Assembly (NCBI GenBank): GCA_048270185.1
Contig: JBLWTJ010000001.1
Coordinates: 1,152,001-1,216,000 of the forward strand
Direction of reading: 5' to 3'
Source: Bacteriovoracaceae bacterium
GTDB taxonomy: Bacteria; Bdellovibrionota; Bacteriovoracia; Bacteriovoracales; Bacteriovoracaceae
Length of the DNA: 64,000 nt
Within the stretch, counting starts at the first letter, position 1. Each line of letters begins with the position of its first letter. Positions 59,562 to 64,000 of the stretch are shown here, piece by piece. Position numbers and translations under genes: made by a program. The notes under the pieces are model-generated. The model worked only from the letters and a program-made list of their open reading frames with translations, did no database searches and was not told the DNA's origin.

Positions 59562-61052
59562 TTACATTAGTCTTTGCATGATTTCGCGCTTAGTTCCACG
59601 CTCAATACGTGTTACTTTCTTTTCCGCTTGAGCTTGATCTGCAATTTCTTTAGAATTCTCTTCGATAACTGGCTTCGTTGTAATTTCTTTCGTCTTAAAG
59701 ATTAACTTATATTTACGCCCAACTGGTCTTAAATCATCATCATAGAGATTTGCAAGTTCAAGACGTCCGTTAATATCTTTAAGAAGCTCTCTTACGATTT
59801 GAACTGAAGTTTCTAGTTCAACTCCACTCTTGTTCTCACCATGTGAAGAAATACTTAGATAGTAGATGGCACCAAGAGTCTTTCCTTGGATTTCAATTTC
59901 ACGCTTATCTTCTGAAGCATCCTTAGAATTCTTAGCTGCATCTAATAGAATATTATATTGGATTTGTTCAATTGTTTCTCTTTCACCAAGGATTTCTCTT
60001 TCTTGGGCATTGATTTTAAATTCAATTCCCTCTGCTTTAAATTGATCTTGTACTTTACAAGCAATAAAACGATTGATTGAAGAGATTTCACAGCTTTTAA
60101 CTTGAGGAATAGCTGTTTCACTATCAGTATTCTTTGCTGTTTCGCTCATTGACCATAGTTCATCTGCAACTTCTTTTGCATCATTATCATTATTTGATAG
60201 AACCATACCAAAAGTTTTATTTTCATTAGCTGAAATCGTTGCCTTTCTCTTCTCTCTTGTGAAGCTTTGCTTCTGTACTGAATAAAGTTTAGAACAATGT
60301 TTCATCTCATTAAGTTCAAGAGCATTAATAATTACACTTTCTATTTCATCAAAACTCTCATCATTATTGGCCATAAGAAGACTTAAAGCTTCATCTTCAA
60401 GATCAGCGCGACGACGTGAAACAATTCGACGATGAAACATTTCCCACATAAGAGTAAGAACAAAGATCACCCCAGTCAGGGCCAGAGCAACTTTAATATT
60501 AGTAAGTGCTTTTGAAATCGACTCAACGTGATTTTCCATTAGAATTGTTCCCGCATCTAATGAATCTTCAAATTGAGAGAATTTCTCATCCATATTATTT
60601 GTAAAATTCTTATCAGTTACTGAAAAACCCTTCCCTGTACTTCTAAGACTTTCATGAAACCAGTGAACATTTGAGCTAACAGTATTAAATTTTTTGATGA
60701 TTGCAGCTGAAAATTTCCCATACTCATTCATGAGATCTGAGACTTGTGCGTAACACTCACCTGTTTGTGAAGTAAAATTACTATCTAAGTATGTTGAGTT
60801 CATATCAGCAGCTACTGCCGCCGTATAAGTTTGCTGAACACGAGTTGAACAAATTTGAATTCCGTTTTGGATGGATGAAAGTTGCTGATACTTTCCTGAA
60901 ACGCCACTTAACAGATAGGCAATGACTAAAATTGAGACAGAAGAGAGGCCTAGAATTGATGCTCTCGCCTTTGAAAATTTATGTTGAACTGGTTTACTCA
61001 TCCATAAGTCCTTAAAATTACGTAATTCATTTACTGCAGAGGGTTTACCCAC
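59562..61052 (-). CDS. membrane sensor-like protein with degenerate HATPase domain (pseudo-histidine kinase)
   Basis: Two TM plus periplasmic helical domain; IEQIQYNILLDAAKN, LSISSHG, IVRELLKDINGRLEL; no H-box or G-boxes. Confidence 0.6.
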   Translation of the reverse strand: MGKPSAVNELRNFKDLWMSKPVQHKFSKARASILGLSSVSILVIAYLLSGVSGKYQQLSSIQNGIQICSTRVQQTYTAAVAADMNSTYLDSNFTSQTGECYAQVSDLMNEYGKFSAAIIKKFNTVSSNVHWFHESLRSTGKGFSVTDKNFTNNMDEKFSQFEDSLDAGTILMENHVESISKALTNIKVALALTGVIFVLTLMWEMFHRRIVSRRRADLEDEALSLLMANNDESFDEIESVIINALELNEMKHCSKLYSVQKQSFTREKRKATISANENKTFGMVLSNNDNDAKEVADELWSMSETAKNTDSETAIPQVKSCEISSINRFIACKVQDQFKAEGIEFKINAQEREILGERETIEQIQYNILLDAAKNSKDASEDKREIEIQGKTLGAIYYLSISSHGENKSGVELETSVQIVRELLKDINGRLELANLYDDDLRPVGRKYKLIFKTKEITTKPVIEENSKEIADQAQAEKKVTRIERGTKREIMQRLM

Positions 61053-61178
61053 TATCTAATTCTACCTATTCATCCGCACAGATGAAAGACCAGACAAATT
61101 TTACCAGTTTAAAGTGAAATTTTTGTCCCTAACGAACTAAAGTGCTACACTATTAAGTGTCTAATTTGATGGAGAATT

Positions 61179-61961
61179 ATGCTCAGTTATTCAGCAGTTC
61201 TATTAACACTTATTCTTCACCTTCTAGTCTTAGCACTAGGGCCAGACAGAGGTGCATCTAAAGAGATCGCCACTCAAGAACCCATAAAGCTAAAATTTAA
61301 GCAGATCAAAGTTAGAAAAGTCGGCCAAAAAAATCAACCGGATACTGATAATCTCATGGGCCAGCTCGCTTATGGCCAACAAGACCTTAAACGAGTTGAT
61401 CAACAAGTTTCTCAAAAGTCTTCTTCCCTATCAAAGAAGAAGGAAAAAGAAATTGTTGAAGATGCTCGCAAACAATCAGTGACAAGAAATCAGTATATGC
61501 AAAAGAAGATCTCAAAAGAGAGCTTTGCACAAAAGAACTGGACTAATGAATTATCTCACGTGCAAGATGCTTCCGTTAGCTTTCTTCCCCCAAAAGGAAT
61601 CACTCCAGATCAACTTAATGAATTTGAGAAGGTCTTCTATGCTTTTTATAAGCGTGTGGCCATTCAATATATTAACTCGGTTCAAATCTCAGTTAGAAAT
61701 CGAGTCAATGAAAGGCCATACGTTCAAAACACTTTAATGGCCGCAGAAGCTCAAGAATTAAAGGCCGTCATCCGCTATGATGAATTAGGAAATGCTGAAA
61801 TTGTTAAGATTCTAAGCTCATCAAAAAATGATGATATTCATAAAATATTTGAGGATGCTCTAGGAAAGATGGATAAGATCCCAAATATCGTCAAAGACTT
61901 AAAAGATGAAGATGGTAAGTACTATGCAATCTTCTCTCTCTCAATAAATACACGCCGCTAA
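61179..61961 (+). CDS. TonB-like energy transducer (TonB C-terminal domain)
   Basis: N-terminal TM with T-x3-H, charged linker, YDELGNAEIVKILSSSKNDDIHK C-domain pattern. Confidence 0.65.
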   Translation: MLSYSAVLLTLILHLLVLALGPDRGASKEIATQEPIKLKFKQIKVRKVGQKNQPDTDNLMGQLAYGQQDLKRVDQQVSQKSSSLSKKKEKEIVEDARKQSVTRNQYMQKKISKESFAQKNWTNELSHVQDASVSFLPPKGITPDQLNEFEKVFYAFYKRVAIQYINSVQISVRNRVNERPYVQNTLMAAEAQELKAVIRYDELGNAEIVKILSSSKNDDIHKIFEDALGKMDKIPNIVKDLKDEDGKYYAIFSLSINTRR

Positions 61962-62351
61962 GATTAGCGTTGCAACAACTGCCAATTGAATTTTTCGAGG
62001 AATTCCAAAAAGAATAAAGACAAGGAAATCTCTAAAGGCCAAGGCATATTTTTGTTTTTTTACAATTGGACGACTTTCTAATTCATCATTAATCTCAGGA
62101 ACAATTTCCTTTAACTCACTCTCAAGATTCTTTGCTATTTCTGCATTGGCAGCAAAGCTGTCAAAGTACTGTTTGAAATTATCTTTTCGTAAATCGAATT
62201 GATTAAGAGTTTTTCGACAATCTAAACACTCTTGGATATGAGAGTAATTCTTCGCAAAATCTGTACTTTCGAGATAAGTCATCTGCTTAGCAAAGAAGCA
62301 CTTATTGAGCTTATTCGAATTAGTTAACTGTTGTTCCATTACTATATTCAC
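61941..62351 (-). CDS. ZAS-type zinc-finger anti-sigma factor-like protein
   Basis: HIQECLDC (HxxxCxxC), C-terminal hydrophobic segments, overlaps ECF-like gene; start may be ATG 62339. Confidence 0.65.
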   Translation of the reverse strand: MNIVMEQQLTNSNKLNKCFFAKQMTYLESTDFAKNYSHIQECLDCRKTLNQFDLRKDNFKQYFDSFAANAEIAKNLESELKEIVPEINDELESRPIVKKQKYALAFRDFLVFILFGIPRKIQLAVVATLILAACIY

Positions 62352-62730
62352 TAGGTACTTGGTTGATAAATTGTTGGTCTAAAAAGGCCATTACTTCTTG
62401 CTCAGAAATATTTAAGGTAAGAGAAATATTGCTAATACTCTCCCCTTTAATTTCGTAGAGATAGACACTTGCTCGCTGATCAAGCTTATGTGTACTGTCC
62501 TTTTTAAGATGTTCATAGCGACGTTTTGCAAGTGCAATAAGTTTCACTAAGAATTGTTTCTCGTAATATTCATTATCAATTTGATAAAGGCATTTCTCAT
62601 CTTTTTGTGCCATTCCTGTGGCCACATCGATAATAAGTTGCATTGCCTGTAATTGGTCTTCGATCAAGTAATTGGCAACTTGATAAAAATGATCGACTAA
62701 TTTTCTGATGACGTCTTTTTTTACTAACAC
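62320..62730 (-). CDS. degenerate ECF sigma factor-like protein
   Basis: Region 2-like FYQVANYLIEDQLQAMQLIIDV; region 4-like QRASVYLYEIKGESISNISLTLNISEQEV; only 136 aa. Confidence 0.55.
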   Translation of the reverse strand: MLVKKDVIRKLVDHFYQVANYLIEDQLQAMQLIIDVATGMAQKDEKCLYQIDNEYYEKQFLVKLIALAKRRYEHLKKDSTHKLDQRASVYLYEIKGESISNISLTLNISEQEVMAFLDQQFINQVPSEYSNGTTVN

Positions 62731-62791
62731 ATAATAATTTTAACAAGGTTTGGAAATTTTGCCACTGCGATTTTAAATACTTAAGTGAAAT

Positions 62792-62819
62792 TAAAGTATA
62801 TTCAATATTTTACCGATAA
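62792..62819 (+). promoter_or_regulatory. sigma28 (FliA)-type promoter
   Basis: TAAAGTAT-N12-ACCGATAA, 33 nt before ATG 62853. Confidence 0.65.
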
Positions 62820-62852
62820 ATTAGTGAGGAAATGTAAGATAAAGAGGATTAC

Positions 62853-63653
62853 ATGAAGAAATTATTAACGATTACTTTACTACTATCTCTGTTTAGTTGT
62901 GTTCAACCAACGAACCAAAGAGCAAATTTTAACTCTTCAGGGTCTAACTCTGGTTCAGGCTGGGGAAATAATGGAAACACAGGCGGAGGTTGGGGCACTG
63001 GAAATGGTGACGGCTCTTCAACGGGAGGAGAAGAAACCTCTGATGGTGATGGATACGGTGATGGTAACGAAGGTGGAGTTGCCGACGGAAACCAAACAAC
63101 TGACTACTACACAATTGAAGGCATCTCAATTCACGGTACTGAAGGTAGAACAGTGAATGGGCCACTATGGTCAACAACAATGCTTGGTGAAGGTGATCAA
63201 TCAATCATGTATTCAAATACGCGATTCAATATTCGCGTTCGTCCTCGTTCAGCTCCTCCAAGAGGAGAATCTGATTCAGCGGGAGAGACATGTCAATACG
63301 TGGCCAACCCATATAAGAAATTAAAAATAAAGCTATGCCTAAGAAAAGCGGGCTCTAGTTGTGATTACACAAAGACTGTTACTTTTGGAGATATTGCTGT
63401 TGATCAAGTATCAAAAGTTAAGGAATTTACAAATTTACCAGTTACAAATGAACCACTTATTCTTGATATTTTAAGTGTTCAATGGGATTACGCTTGTCAA
63501 AATTATCTTGATCAAGGCTATAGCAGTGATGATCCTGTCATTGATGGCTACTGCCCAATGGGAAATATCTGGCGTACAAGTTGTGCGGCCTTTGATATTC
63601 AGTTTTCTACTGATATCACTAAAGACTTCCCTCCAACTGCACCAAGAATCTAA
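62853..63653 (+). CDS. lipoprotein with Gly/Asn/Asp-rich tether and Cys-rich beta domain
   Basis: Lipobox LFSC; low-complexity GSGWGNNGNTGGGWG linker; six Cys in the C-domain. Confidence 0.85.
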   Translation: MKKLLTITLLLSLFSCVQPTNQRANFNSSGSNSGSGWGNNGNTGGGWGTGNGDGSSTGGEETSDGDGYGDGNEGGVADGNQTTDYYTIEGISIHGTEGRTVNGPLWSTTMLGEGDQSIMYSNTRFNIRVRPRSAPPRGESDSAGETCQYVANPYKKLKIKLCLRKAGSSCDYTKTVTFGDIAVDQVSKVKEFTNLPVTNEPLILDILSVQWDYACQNYLDQGYSSDDPVIDGYCPMGNIWRTSCAAFDIQFSTDITKDFPPTAPRI

Positions 63654-64000
63654 TTATTTAAATAACTCAAGTGCGAGGTTTCTTTTCATAGCAGAAGAAA
63701 CCTCCACCATGAGACCTGGACAAGTCACATTAACTTCCGAAACTCGACCACCTAAAATATCAAAAGCAACCAGATCAACACCATCAGCAAGTAAAACTTG
63801 GCAGATTTCTTCACATTCTTTTCGAACGGTATCATCTAATTCCACTGCATGATATTTGGCACCTTGTGCAATGTTGGCAAGATACTCACCTTTATTTGGA
63901 ACCTTTAGAATTGTCCCAAGCTCTTTTGCTTGATAGAAAATTGCGCGAATTTCACCGTCATAAACAGACTGATCGAACTCTTGAACAACAACGGGCCCTT
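63654..64000 (-). CDS. gshB: glutathione synthetase-like ATP-grasp protein, 3' part (runs off window)
   Basis: Manual translation from 63998: GPVVVQEFDQSVYDGEIR...YLANIAQGA...VAFDILGGRVSEVNVTCPG, matching the GshB C-terminal pattern. Confidence 0.75.
   Translation of the reverse strand, partial: GPVVVQEFDQSVYDGEIRAIFYQAKELGTILKVPNKGEYLANIAQGAKYHAVELDDTVRKECEEICQVLLADGVDLVAFDILGGRVSEVNVTCPGLMVEVSSAMKRNLALELFK

Overview
AT-rich bacterial chromosome segment. Gene content and style (many signal-peptide proteins of unknown function, TIGR02147/DUF4423-like HTH regulators, DacB, patatin-barrel, PilZ, sigma28 promoters) suggest a predatory Bdellovibrionota, probably Bacteriovoracaceae/Halobacteriovorax-like; this is an inference. 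Most of the window is housekeeping: nth, yidD, dacB, priA, lgt, cysS, pyrC, arsC-acr3, folE2, tRNA-Val(TAC), asnC/asnB, clpP-clpX-lon, peroxiredoxin, phoH, aminotransferase-coaD-rsmD and a partial gshB. The most striking feature lies directly after tRNA-Val (24.5-29.0 kb): two tandem three-gene cassettes, each [secreted 4-Cys beta-rich protein A] - [conserved TATCCCTAAG hairpin] - [HTH/DUF4423-like regulator B] - [Gly-leader paralogue C of A]. A and C covary within each cassette, and the upstream operator-like motifs are positionally conserved. Other notable items: a 948-aa apparently dead type IIG-like DNA methyltransferase next to a ChaN-like gene; a pseudo-histidine kinase; a degenerate ECF sigma/ZAS anti-sigma pair; a PriA lacking one Zn site; an unlisted 47-aa secreted peptide; four sigma28-type promoters; and a 4-kb insert between clpX and lon bounded by near-identical terminators. 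I saw no CRISPR array, rRNA, integrase or transposase. All family calls are by eye from motifs; no database searches were run.
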